Below are positions 42,406 to 52,621 of a DNA stretch of 64,000 nucleotides, piece after piece. Positions within the stretch are counted from its first letter, which is position 1. Each line of letters starts with the position of its first letter. The notes under the pieces were generated by a model, which saw only the letters and a list, made by a program, of their open reading frames with translations, made no database searches and had not been told where the DNA came from. This DNA comes from Candidatus Bathyarchaeota archaeon (lineage in GTDB: Archaea > Thermoproteota > Bathyarchaeia > Bathyarchaeales > Bathycorpusculaceae): contig CAWDYC010000010.1 in NCBI GenBank assembly GCA_963806535.1, forward strand, positions 69,085-133,084. The letters run 5' to 3'. The translations under genes and the position numbers were made by a program.

Positions 42406-43620
42406 ATGGATGTATCCGCAATTTTTGCATTGGTTGCTGGAATTATCGTCATCGGCTTTGCAGGCGAATTATTCTTCAAGAAAACGGGTATACCGATTTA
42501 TATTTTCCTCATCCTCGCGGGGATCATTCTTGGGCCAATCCTAAACCTCTTTCCAAGAGAATCGCTAATTCCAGAACTTGCCATTTTTGCAGAACTAACC
42601 TTGTTTATGGTCCTATTTTACGGTGGATTGGGCTTAAAATTAAGGTCAGTTCTTGCAAATGGAGGCAGAGCGTTGATTCAGACCATAATCTACGTCGGTT
42701 TGAGCATGATGTTAATTGGGCTTATCGGAATTTTCATCTTGAAATGGAACGCGTTATCATCATTCATCTTTGCTTCAATCATAGGGGGAGAGACCACGGC
42801 TGCAGTCGTTGTTCCACTCTCTATGGCGATGGAACTTTCAGAGGGGACCGTGACGTTTCTTACGATGGAGTCTGCAATGAACTCTATTTTGTCTGTAGTG
42901 TTTTTCTTCGCTTTTGTTGGTATCTATGAAAATGGTGGGATTGGCTTTGGTTCGATTGTTCTTGACATATCTGCGCAGTTTTTAGTTGGAATAGCTATAG
43001 GCGTTATACTTAGTCTGGCTTGGATTTTCTTACTGTTTCGTTTCCAGAAGCAGGGATTTACTTACGTTTTAACCGTAGGTTTTATACTCATTACATATTC
43101 CTTGAGCACTGTGCTTGGCGGCAATGGCATACTTGCCGTTCTTGTCTTCGGAATAATTCTCGGGAACTATCAGCTTGCAAATAGGCTTTTCAGAAGACAA
43201 ATAAGCATGGATCCTCTTGGGAAACAGCTTGAAAAGTTTCAAGGGGAAATTTCATTTTTTTTGGAAACTTTGTTCTTTGTCTTTCTAGGATTGATTTTCA
43301 TAATTACCCCCGCTTTAATAGTCAGCAATCTGTCAATAGGCCTTCTGATTCTTGTCATGCTCCTTGCAACCAGATTTGTAGCCGTGAAAATCTCAACTTT
43401 CAGATCTAAACTTAGCAACGAAAGAATGCAAATAACGCTTACTTGTGCTATGGGTCTAACCCCTGCCACTCTTGGAGTCCTAGCGGTAAGTCTCCAGTTG
43501 CCACTTGCGGGCACGTTCCTAAACATTGTAACCTACATTATTATTCTCACTAACTTAGTGACTACAATAGGCTCGATAATAAATACGAAGCAAAAGAAGT
43601 TGAACTCTAAGAATCTGTGA
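42406..43620 (+). CDS. CPA1 cation:proton antiporter, tandem paralog
   Basis: Colinear with previous gene; ESAMN, EISFFLETLFFVFLG. Confidence 0.88.
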   Translation: MDVSAIFALVAGIIVIGFAGELFFKKTGIPIYIFLILAGIILGPILNLFPRESLIPELAIFAELTLFMVLFYGGLGLKLRSVLANGGRALIQTIIYVGLSMMLIGLIGIFILKWNALSSFIFASIIGGETTAAVVVPLSMAMELSEGTVTFLTMESAMNSILSVVFFFAFVGIYENGGIGFGSIVLDISAQFLVGIAIGVILSLAWIFLLFRFQKQGFTYVLTVGFILITYSLSTVLGGNGILAVLVFGIILGNYQLANRLFRRQISMDPLGKQLEKFQGEISFFLETLFFVFLGLIFIITPALIVSNLSIGLLILVMLLATRFVAVKISTFRSKLSNERMQITLTCAMGLTPATLGVLAVSLQLPLAGTFLNIVTYIIILTNLVTTIGSIINTKQKKLNSKNL

Positions 43621-43700
43621 ATAAACAACATCTAAACAATAACTATTTCTCGATTTCGGTTATCTTCTTATCTCGCCTTTGTGCCTGTATTTGTAGATAA

Positions 43701-44269
43701 ATGCCTATGTCTGTAAAATTTGAAGGACCTATTTTGCAGGTTGGCGATTCTCTGAGCAGTAATTGTTCCGCCGGAAATTGTCAAACATCTCGATATCGAA
43801 AAAGGCGACGCAAATTGAGCTCTGGTTAAGTAATCATAGCCTGTTGATGGAAAAGAAAAATTTCGTTTATGATGCAATTTGGAGCTTTGAACAGGACATC
43901 TTAGAAGAGAGAAAAAGTCTAAGCAAAGATCTCGAATCGCATACATCTCAGTCCGTAGGTGGAATGCCACTACACAAATACAAAGGTCAACTGACAATCG
44001 AAAGAGGTAAAATTCTGCTTAAAGGAGAAAATACTGATTCGAAGGAGCACGCAAGTTTTGTTTTTTCTCTCTCAAAAATAGAAAATATCTGCTTGGGCTG
44101 GGACGAAACTCTGAGAAGATGGAGAGACACAAGAGCATTGATTCAGCCGCTGAGAATCACTTTTAAAGAAGAAACAGAATCAAAAAAACTTTACGTATAT
44201 GTAAAGAAATCAGAAGCAGGGATTTACGGTGAAGAGAATGAGCGTATTCTTGAAATCCTCCAGAAATAA
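43701..44269 (+). CDS. AbrB-like domain fused to a beta-rich C-domain; two frameshifts in the 5' part
   Basis: Joined frames: MSVKFEGPILQVGDSL-VIVPPEIVKHLDIEKGDA-IELWLSNHSLLMEKK, then YKGQLTIE...PLRITF...LYVYV. Confidence 0.6.
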
Positions 44270-44380
44270 TTTGCGTACTCAGTGAATTGCTCGTTGGCTG
44301 CGCAAGGGAGTCGCGATAAGTTAAAGTGTTCAGTGGTAATCTATTAACGCGTTAGTGTGATTAATGAGTGAGGTCTTAGA

Positions 44381-44848
44381 ATGGCTCAAACAAGCGTAGT
44401 TTTGGAAGTTGAGGATCCCCATTTTATAATTAGGCTCTATGTTGATCTCCTCAAGATTGATTTGAAAGGAAGCTTCAAGAATGAAATCGAAGAAGCCCTC
44501 GAAAATAAGCCCGTTCTCAAGGAAACGATTGGCAGGGTCCTTGGAATATTTGTTCCACTGCACATTCGCGTAGACGACATAGATTCGGTACATATGGACG
44601 AGACAGGAAAAATCAAAGTAAATCTCTCTCATCATCGAAGTATTGACATTCCGCTTGAACATAAAGAAGACGCTGAGAAACTTGTGGAAAAATTGAATCA
44701 ATTGATTTCAAGAGTTGAAACAGAGAAAATCCAAGAAATTAAAGCAAAGAGAACAGCCGAAAAGGAGAAAATTCAAGAAAGTAAAGTGAGGAGCAGAGCT
44801 AAAAGAAAACGGTATCGCAAGCGCTCGGACGCGGAACGAAGGGTCTAA
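44381..44848 (+). CDS. Hypothetical protein with basic C-terminal tail
   Basis: 155-aa ORF preceded by GAGGT SD-like motif. Confidence 0.65.
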   Translation: MAQTSVVLEVEDPHFIIRLYVDLLKIDLKGSFKNEIEEALENKPVLKETIGRVLGIFVPLHIRVDDIDSVHMDETGKIKVNLSHHRSIDIPLEHKEDAEKLVEKLNQLISRVETEKIQEIKAKRTAEKEKIQESKVRSRAKRKRYRKRSDAERRV

Positions 44849-44981
44849 AATCGTTACTTTGCGATTGACTCTTATTTTTATTCGCGGGTGTGCATTTGGT
44901 TTTGCCAAGATTGCTTTTTTAATTACCGGTTACTCAAACTTTTTTAATATCAAAATCGCTTACCTTTATAGGCGAGTACTT

Positions 44982-45327
44982 TTGATTTTTGGACACAAAA
45001 ATAAATCTCAAAGTAAACTCCACGTAGACTTAGGCGATTTGCAAAACGAAAAAGACAACCTCACCAGTTTTCTGCAATTGCACCTCAAAGTTTCCGTTTC
45101 CCAAGTTGAGGACAAGCTGACGGTGGATTCAGAAAATGTTGTCACTGCAGGATTTGGAGCATGTAGTGAACAAGTTTGTTTACCACCGAGACCTAAACAA
45201 CACTCATTGGGTCTCTGTTGAAGATGCTTCAACTGTAAAAATTAACAGGTTTAAGGGCATCGAGAAAAAAGAGAAACATGAAAAAGAACCGCCACACCAA
45301 ACTGCAATGCAAAGTTGGGGATTATAA
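44982..45327 (+). CDS. Divergent eL22 (L22e)-like protein; frameshift near 45135
   Basis: LHVDLGDL..EKDNLTSFL...KLTVDSE-LSLQDLEHVVNKFVYHRDLNNTHWVSVEDASTVKINRF follows eL22 spacing. Confidence 0.45.
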
Positions 45328-45542
45328 AAAAAACTGCATCAAATTAGCCATTTCTACAGGTTCTAACAGCAAAACAAGCCAGTGGCTCCAAACCACGGAA
45401 TCTTGAAACTTAATTCCTTTCTTTTTTACCATTGTCCCTGAGCGATAAGACCTTTATTTGGCTATATAGGTTAAATAATTCTTGTCTTGCTTTTTTCACA
45501 ATTATTTCTTCATGGGGCAATAGTTAATCTCTAATGGGTCGG

Positions 45543-46314
45543 TTATTTTAGGACTCCTTGCGCGGCCTCAATCGCAACTTTGTCGGGGCCAGGACCGCGC
45601 AGAAGATAAGCAAAAAAAACCGCAAGCAATGCACCTGCTATAGGTCCCACTAAGTATACCCAGTAGGTACTAAAGTTAAGAAGAAAAAGAGCAGGAGCAA
45701 ATGAGCGCGCTGGATTCATTGATGCTCCAGATACAGGCGCTGCCCAAAGTCCAGCCAACGCAATATAACCGCCAACTGCAAGAGCAGACAATGGTCCGAC
45801 GTTTTGAGCTTTAGAAGCGGTTCCAAGAATTACGCTAACAAGTCCAAGAGTAAGAATAAACTCTATCAAAACTGCTTGCAAACCAGTAAAGCCTGCTCCA
45901 GGTTGAGTGGAGCCAAAAGTTCCATTCACGCCAAATGTGAGGGCAAGAAAAGAACATGCTGCAACAGCACCAAGGATTTGAGCTATGATGTATCCGGGAG
46001 CTCGGCGCCAGGGGAAATCGCCTCGAGCAGAAAAAGCAATCGTTACTGCAGGATTAAGGTGAGCCCCAGAAACCTTTCCCATAAAAAGAATGACTGCCAT
46101 AACCATTAAACCAGGCGCAATAACAAGAGCAACTTGGCTAATCTGTCCGAGTGTCTGCAGTATTTACAACACCTCCTCCAACAGCTACTAAAACAAGAAA
46201 GAAAGTTCCTAACCCTTCTGACAATAATCGACGCATCTCAAGGAAGTGATAAGCCCGAACGTCAAGCATTGGTTCTGAGGCAGAGGGCTCTTTACTCGTG
46301 AAAAACATCGCCAT
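45543..46314 (-). CDS. MIP-family aquaporin/aquaglyceroporin; frameshift near 46155
   Basis: EGLGTFFLV, SGAHLNPAVT, GASMNPARS, WVYLVGP. Confidence 0.92.
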
Positions 46315-46738
46315 GTAAGTTTCTTTTAGACTACTGACGTATTTTAGCTACCATTTCAGAAATAAACGTTTGTGATTGTCTGCATACATTGGTAACAAAG
46401 GCGCTCAAATCCTGAGTTCCAATCTTCCCGGCTCACTCATTGATAAGAAAGGTTTGTCCCCACCTGAGTAGGATCGCTTAATACTTTAATCGTATCCCAT
46501 CGGACCTCTTTTAGAGGATAATTCTTAACATTATTCACAGAGTTGAGGCGTCAGAGTCTTATTCAATCCGATTTGAATTTGTTTGCGTACGCAGAAGGCG
46601 AAGTTGTTCCGTAAGCCAAATGAAAATAAGCGCAATAATTGGCGCGCGAGATCGCACACTTTATTTGACCTGCTTGTATGTTTTTCTTAATGCACAATTT
46701 TTAATAATCAATCCTTCTATAGTAAATCAAGATCAAGA

Positions 46739-47667
46739 ATGGAAATGGAAACATGGTACTTTGCTTATGGGTCTGATTTGAAAAGGCACATGTTGAAAGA
46801 AAGAATAGGTGACTGGAAAGAAGAGCAGAGAGCAATTTTAAAGGGTTTTGCACTCTCATTCGCAAAAGGAGACAGAAATCATGAAAGTGGCTACGCGAAC
46901 ATAAAAGAGTGTTCAGGCAGTGAAGTTGAAGGCGCGGCTTATCTTATTTCGGAAGACCAATTCAGAAAACTTGACTATTATGAAGGCGTCGCATTAGGCG
47001 TTTACAAAAGACGATTGGTCGGTGCCGTAACCGAGTGGAAGCCTAATACCTGTAACGATCTATGAAATGAACAAAGAGGTTTGTTCACTAAGACCGTCCG
47101 TTGATTATCTGAACTTAGTTCTTGAAGGGCTAAGAGAGCACGGATATGATGAAAGCACTATAAAGAAGGTTGAAACAATTGCAGCTCACACCAGCATATT
47201 GCAACCTTTAATACCTAAGAAATTGGCTATGGGACCATCGAATGAGTACGGAGGGCCTTCCCTTTCTGACTTAAAGAAAGAAGGCATAACCGCAATTTTA
47301 GATCTGACTCAAGATCCAGAAGAAATGAAGAAGGCTTCAGAAATCGGCTTGGAGTATATCGAAGATCCCAAATTTAATATTCCTGATTTCAGACCTATAC
47401 CGAGCGAAACGATGAGATATGCGACAACACAAATTCACCAACTTATTTTGAAAGGTCATTACATTTATCTCAAATCTGCCAAAGCCCATGGCAGGTCACC
47501 CACAATTGCCGCAGCTTACTTAATTTGTCTGGGAAAAGAGAAAAACGAAGCCATGAACATGGTTAGCAAATGTTCGAAATGGCGCATGGTCAGGAATGGA
47601 TTCGACATGCGCAGATTTTCTGGATGAGTTTGAAAAGACTTACAGAGGGACCTGCGTCGATAGATAA
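46739..47667 (+). CDS. Gamma-glutamylcyclotransferase fused to a dual-specificity-phosphatase-like domain; frameshifted
   Basis: YFAYGS, VEGAAY, LDYYEG, PSVDYL (GGCT); GITAILDL, IPDF, YLKSAKAHGRSPTIAAAYL (DSP-like). Confidence 0.7.
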
Positions 47668-47783
47668 CCGTGTGCTATCAAGCATTAAAAGCTCACTTTT
47701 GTTCTTGGACAAAAGTAAACCTCAAATTGGACTCTAAGTAGATTTAAACGATTTGCAAAAAGAAAAAAGTGAGAGCATTGAGT

Positions 47784-48185
47784 CTATGCTAACTTTTTGC
47801 TATCTTGTCCTGGTGAAGCTGAGAAGACTGCGCCTACTTTTATTATTCCAACACTTTTTATTTGCATTTTCATGGCTTCCATAATCTTCTTTGCGAAGTT
47901 ATCGAAAATTGGTCCGCTTGTTTGGAAACCACTGAATGTTCCCTTTAGTTGGTAGCCTGTCATTGGTCCTTTGAACACTGCAATAGCAATTTGCTTGTTT
48001 TTTTCAAGGTTTTCTTTTGTTTTCTTGATGAAAAGTTCTGCAAACGCAATAGTTTCAGGGTCTACTGCTACAATGCTCCATACTGGAACTACGTTTGGAA
48101 TGCCTTTAGCGTCTACTGTTGCCAACATTTTTGCTGAATCACTTGCACTTAAAACATCCATTACTTCTTTAGGTATACTTACCAA
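47784..48185 (-). CDS. Pyridoxamine 5'-phosphate oxidase-like FMN-binding protein
   Basis: LATVDAKGIPNVVP, KTKENLEKN, GYQLKG. Confidence 0.85.
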   Translation of the reverse strand: MVSIPKEVMDVLSASDSAKMLATVDAKGIPNVVPVWSIVAVDPETIAFAELFIKKTKENLEKNKQIAIAVFKGPMTGYQLKGTFSGFQTSGPIFDNFAKKIMEAMKMQIKSVGIIKVGAVFSASPGQDSKKLA

Positions 48186-48282
48186 ATTTCGTACATCCTA
48201 TTAATGGAAACATAACTGCAAAACGCTAATATACTTTTAGGGAATTAGAATATACTTGCAAATGAAGGGGAAATACAGTTTA

Positions 48283-49053
48283 ATGGCTAACAAAGACAGA
48301 GACTCATCATTCGATTACCTAACTGGTGCAATCGCTGAGTTGAAGATGGAGATTAAAGGCTTAAGAACAGACATGAACAGAGTAGAAGAAACTGTTTTGA
48401 AGGAACGTCTTCGTGCGGTTGAAGATACTCTTACACAAAATCACCTATTAGTCTATGCTGGTCAGAGGTCTCAATCAATAAATCAAGACATTGCACTGTT
48501 GCTCAAAGAAGATTGTCAAAACAGAGACAAATGTCTTGAGCATTACAAAAACACGATAGAAGAAAACACACAAGTTATCAAACAATCTGGATCAAAATGC
48601 GCACTCGCAGACTTAGATGATAGAATAGCGAAAAACAAGTTAATGATTGAAAAGACAAAGGGTCAGCAATGTGGAAACTGTTTCTCCAACTTTGATAAGA
48701 AGCTAAAGCTCGAAAAAAGAGCTTACCAAGAAATAGTCCTGGTCAAAGACATAAACAACGATTCAAAGGTTAACAATCAAACTTTAGACATTCCATTCCT
48801 TTTGCAAAACTTGTTTGAACCTTTGGGAAATGATTCACGTCTAAAAATCTTAGCTATTGTGTATGAGGGAAAGAAAAGCTTCTCAGAGTTGTCAAAAATA
48901 GTTGACCTTAAAGCTGGTCATCTCGCATTTCACTTAAAAAAACTGGTTAATGCAAAGCTGATAGCTCAAGAAGCATCAAAGGGAGATTACATCATAACCC
49001 AAAAAGGATTAGGTCTCATTAAAGAGATGTGTGTTCTTCAAAAACAAAGCTAA
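48283..49053 (+). CDS. ArsR-like winged-HTH regulator with Cys-rich N-domain
   Basis: EPLGNDSRLKIL...KSFSELSKIVDLKAGHLAFHLKKL...GDYIITQKG; CQNRDKC and CGNC. Confidence 0.85.
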   Translation: MANKDRDSSFDYLTGAIAELKMEIKGLRTDMNRVEETVLKERLRAVEDTLTQNHLLVYAGQRSQSINQDIALLLKEDCQNRDKCLEHYKNTIEENTQVIKQSGSKCALADLDDRIAKNKLMIEKTKGQQCGNCFSNFDKKLKLEKRAYQEIVLVKDINNDSKVNNQTLDIPFLLQNLFEPLGNDSRLKILAIVYEGKKSFSELSKIVDLKAGHLAFHLKKLVNAKLIAQEASKGDYIITQKGLGLIKEMCVLQKQS

Positions 49054-49071
49054 CTGATTAAGGGAGATTTG

Positions 49072-49673
49072 ATGAAGATAAAAATCGAGATGTACTCAGA
49101 TTATATCTGTTTCCTTTTTGCTATTTGGGTGAAGCGATAATTGAAAAACTCAAAAACAAATTTGATATTGAGATGGAACATATCGGAATAGAAATCCACC
49201 CTGAAACTCCCGAAGAATGAGTAGACTTGAGAGGAAGATTTTCTGGAATGGAAGAAATGTTTGAAAATTTGAGGGGTAGAGGAAAAGAGTATGGTCTTAA
49301 CTTCTGTGATATTAGACTCCTCTCGAATTCAAAAAAGGCATTGATAGTCGGTGAATATGCTAGGAAAGTTGGAAAGAATGAAGAATTTACTCATGAGGTT
49401 TTCAAGGCTTACTTTGAATGTTGCATTGATATTGGAAAAGAAGCGGTTATTTTAGAAATTGCGCAGAAAGTTGGTTTGGCTAAGAAAGAAATCGAAGACT
49501 GCTTGAAGAATCCCTTGTATCAGAAAAGTTTCGCAAACAACTGTGTTGAAGCGAGGAAATATGATATTTGGAGTGTGCCAACATTCATAATAAATGTCAA
49601 GCACAGAATCACAGGAGCACAAGCAGAGAAAACATTTGTTGAGTTATTCGAACAAGTGTCAGGTAATGAGTGA
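49072..49673 (+). CDS. DsbA/FrnE-family thioredoxin-fold oxidoreductase; frameshift and in-frame TGA near 5' end
   Basis: YSDYIC/PFCYLG, EIHPETP, SVPTFII...ITGAQ. Confidence 0.8.
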
Positions 49674-49807
49674 AGGAAAAGCCCACATCAGCAGATGTTT
49701 TCCATCATCGGATATTAGCGTGAACGCCGTAGGCGCAATCGTTTTTGAAATGTCCCTTAGAGTCGTTGCCTCAAGCGGTGATTAAGAAATGAAACAGTCC
49801 ATCCAGT

Positions 49808-52621
49808 TCAAGACTTGACCTGCCTTGTAGGGGGTGCTTGCGCGCCCTTTTCTTTCGAATTGGCGATCTTGTGTAATTGATCGACGCGCTTTTTGACCAT
49901 CGAGCTCACCTTTTCCTTTAGCTCATCGGAAGAGATATTCTTGCCGCGTAATGCTGCGACCTGGTCTGCCAACGATTTGTCTCCCAGCATTGTGAACCAG
50001 TTTTCAAAGTCTCCCTCTTCAACATGGAACTTGACTGAAGATGGCTCGATACTCTTCAAGTTGGCGACAAGTTCATCCAAGCTTTTTGAGGTAACGCCGA
50101 GAGGTTTCCCGGAATCCCTGTAGAAAGAAAAGACCTTATCGGGTGTTACTGTTCTGAGGGTGTTGGCGGCCTCGACTCTTTCAACTTTTTTGCCCTCGCG
50201 ATTCAGTAGCTTGTAAACTCTCACTTTGGCAAAATCTGTCATTACAAAGAGGAGCAACGCATAACCCCACACTAGAGCAGCTAGCCCCCAGCCCATGGCG
50301 GGAAGCAGAATACCGTACACCGTAATTATTGTAGCGGTAATTTGAGTACCAATGATTGCAAAGAGAAGTGGCTTTGCCGGTTTTACAGACCAAAAGTGAC
50401 CCTTAGTCCTCGCAACAAACACAGTTAAGTGCCCAGCAACTGAAAGCTTTAGGTATATAAGCGATTGAAGCACAAGCGGGTTTAACTTCAGTACAACTAA
50501 TCCGATATAAAGCATTCCGAAGGAAGAGAATATCCCTATTACTCCAAGAAACGTCGCTATTCCCAACAAAGACCGCATGTCCCATTTCTCAGGTTTATCC
50601 GAATATTTCACGTTGTCATAAGCTATCGTCATGATTGGCAGGTCATTTAGAAGAGCCAACAAAACAAGCATCAGAGCATTAACAGGGAAAAAATTAAAAA
50701 TGACGATTGAAGCGGTCATGAAAAGCAGTACCCGTATGGTTTCAGCGATGCGGTACGTGCAGTAATTCGTCATGCGCTGGAAAATCTTGCGACTTTCCTT
50801 AATCGCATCGATAATAACAGAGAGACCCGGCTTAGTCAGAACTATAGCTGCTGCGGACTTTGCAGCGTCGGTGGCGCCCTCAACGGCAATACCCGCGTTC
50901 GCTTTCTTCAAAGCAGGCGCATCATTAACACCGTCACCAGTCATTCCAACAACATGGTCTTTTTCTTGAAGTAACTCAACAATGCGGTACTTATGTTCAG
51001 GAAAAACTTCCGCAAATCCTTCAGCCTCTTCAACCACGCGTTGAGCCTCATTATCAGGCTTGTTCAAAAAAGCAGCAGGCAAAACAATATCATTTCCAAG
51101 GTTTACCTGGCTCGAAATTTCTTTGGCAATAGCTATGTGGTCCCCAGTGACCATTTTCACGTTAACACCCATCGATTGAGCTGTCTTTATTGTCTGAGCT
51201 GAATCTTCTCTTGGCGGATCAAACAACCCAATTAAACCAGCAAATTGCCACTTATTCTCCTTATCAGTTCGAGCCACGCCCAGAGCACGGTACCCTTTTT
51301 TAGCGAATTCATTAACATCTTGCGTCAATCTGTCGTTGATTGCTTTCTTGTCCTCGATCAAGGCTAAAATGGCTTGAGGAGCCCCTTTAGTTACCTTAAA
51401 CTGGCTTCCATCTTCTCCTTGCACCGTTGTCTCTGTTCTCTTTATGACTGGATCGAAAGGCTTAAAACCGGTCACTTTGATGTGTTCAATTTTAGCTGCA
51501 ATAACGGGTGTGCTCTCGGTTTTAGTCAAGATTGCTTCGTCGATAGGATCTTTATCTTCTTCTCTTGAAGCGAGAGCACTGAAGAATAGGACGTCATTTT
51601 CTGATAATCCGCCATAAGGTTTGGTTCCTCCCATCGTAAGCGCGTTTTTGGTGATGGTACCTGTTTTGTCTGAGCATAGCACATCCATGCTTGCCATTTC
51701 CTCGATTGCAACTAATTTGCTAACTATGGCTTCCTTCTTCGCTAGGGCTATGGCTCCTATGGCCATGGTGACTGACAGGACCGCGGGAAGTGCTGCAGGT
51801 ATCCCTGCAACAGTTAAGATCAATGCAAATTGAATGATGTCTAAGATGTTTTGTCCTCTCAAAACCGAGACTATAATTATCACTGCTACGAGCGCTATCG
51901 CTAGGAAAATCAGGTAGTCGCCTATTTTGCTGATGGCTTTTTGGAAGTGGCTTGGAGTTTTGGCTATCTCTACAAGTTTAGCTGTTTTGCCGAAAAAAGT
52001 TTTAGCGGCGGTGTTAACGACGAGAGCGTTCATTTCACCTTGTTTGACAATCGAGCTTGCGTATCCGACGTCGGAGAGATGTTTTTCTACAGGCAGAGAT
52101 TCGCCTGTTAGTGCAGATTCATCGGTTAAAAGATAGTCTCCTTCGATTAATTTTACGTCGGCTGGGATGATGTCTCCTAAGCGCAGTCGGACAATGTCGC
52201 CTGGCACCAGTTTTTCAGCCGGCATATCTTGCCATTTGCCATCTCGGTGAACTCGTGCTTTTAGAGCTAGCCTTTTTTTTAGCAGTTCTATTGCGTTGTC
52301 CGCTTTGCGTTCCTGCCACGATCCTACTATAGCGTTTACCATTAGTAGAGTTAAGATTATTGCAAAATCAGGCCATCGCTGGATAACTCCGGACATTATT
52401 ACTGCTGCTTCAATCATCCATGGAATTGGACCCCAAAAATAATGAAGAAACTTTAGTAGCGGGTTAACTTTTTTCTCCTGAATTTCATTAGGACCGTATT
52501 GCACAAGTCGTTTTTCAGCTTCCGCAGAAGAAAGCCCCCCCTTGCCCGCCGAAAGATTGCTTAAAAGTTCATCAACATTCGCTTTCTTTGCCTCTTCTGT
52601 AGTTAAGAGACCATCACTCAT
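49808..52621 (-). CDS. P3A-type proton-efflux P-type ATPase, copy 2, with C-terminal DUF5752-like domain
   Basis: Same P3A motifs as copy 1, intact frame; tail LRTVTPDKVFSFY...SLDEL...SVKFH...DFENW; ATG overlaps pgm stop (ATGA). Confidence 0.93.
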   Translation of the reverse strand: MSDGLLTTEEAKKANVDELLSNLSAGKGGLSSAEAEKRLVQYGPNEIQEKKVNPLLKFLHYFWGPIPWMIEAAVIMSGVIQRWPDFAIILTLLMVNAIVGSWQERKADNAIELLKKRLALKARVHRDGKWQDMPAEKLVPGDIVRLRLGDIIPADVKLIEGDYLLTDESALTGESLPVEKHLSDVGYASSIVKQGEMNALVVNTAAKTFFGKTAKLVEIAKTPSHFQKAISKIGDYLIFLAIALVAVIIIVSVLRGQNILDIIQFALILTVAGIPAALPAVLSVTMAIGAIALAKKEAIVSKLVAIEEMASMDVLCSDKTGTITKNALTMGGTKPYGGLSENDVLFFSALASREEDKDPIDEAILTKTESTPVIAAKIEHIKVTGFKPFDPVIKRTETTVQGEDGSQFKVTKGAPQAILALIEDKKAINDRLTQDVNEFAKKGYRALGVARTDKENKWQFAGLIGLFDPPREDSAQTIKTAQSMGVNVKMVTGDHIAIAKEISSQVNLGNDIVLPAAFLNKPDNEAQRVVEEAEGFAEVFPEHKYRIVELLQEKDHVVGMTGDGVNDAPALKKANAGIAVEGATDAAKSAAAIVLTKPGLSVIIDAIKESRKIFQRMTNYCTYRIAETIRVLLFMTASIVIFNFFPVNALMLVLLALLNDLPIMTIAYDNVKYSDKPEKWDMRSLLGIATFLGVIGIFSSFGMLYIGLVVLKLNPLVLQSLIYLKLSVAGHLTVFVARTKGHFWSVKPAKPLLFAIIGTQITATIITVYGILLPAMGWGLAALVWGYALLLFVMTDFAKVRVYKLLNREGKKVERVEAANTLRTVTPDKVFSFYRDSGKPLGVTSKSLDELVANLKSIEPSSVKFHVEEGDFENWFTMLGDKSLADQVAALRGKNISSDELKEKVSSMVKKRVDQLHKIANSKEKGAQAPPTRQVKS

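Noticed and set aside
46400-46440. GAGTTCCAATCTTCCCGGCTCA as a second tRNA 3' fragment / att site
   Set aside because: T-arm-like but poorly paired and does not match the tRNA-Pro 3' end at 33940-33964.
49218-49220. In-frame TGA in DsbA (also TGA at 56729 in pgk) as selenocysteine or code reassignment
   Set aside because: The DsbA TGA is not at a Cys position; the pgk TGA disappears on removing one base; TGA is an ordinary stop elsewhere in the window.
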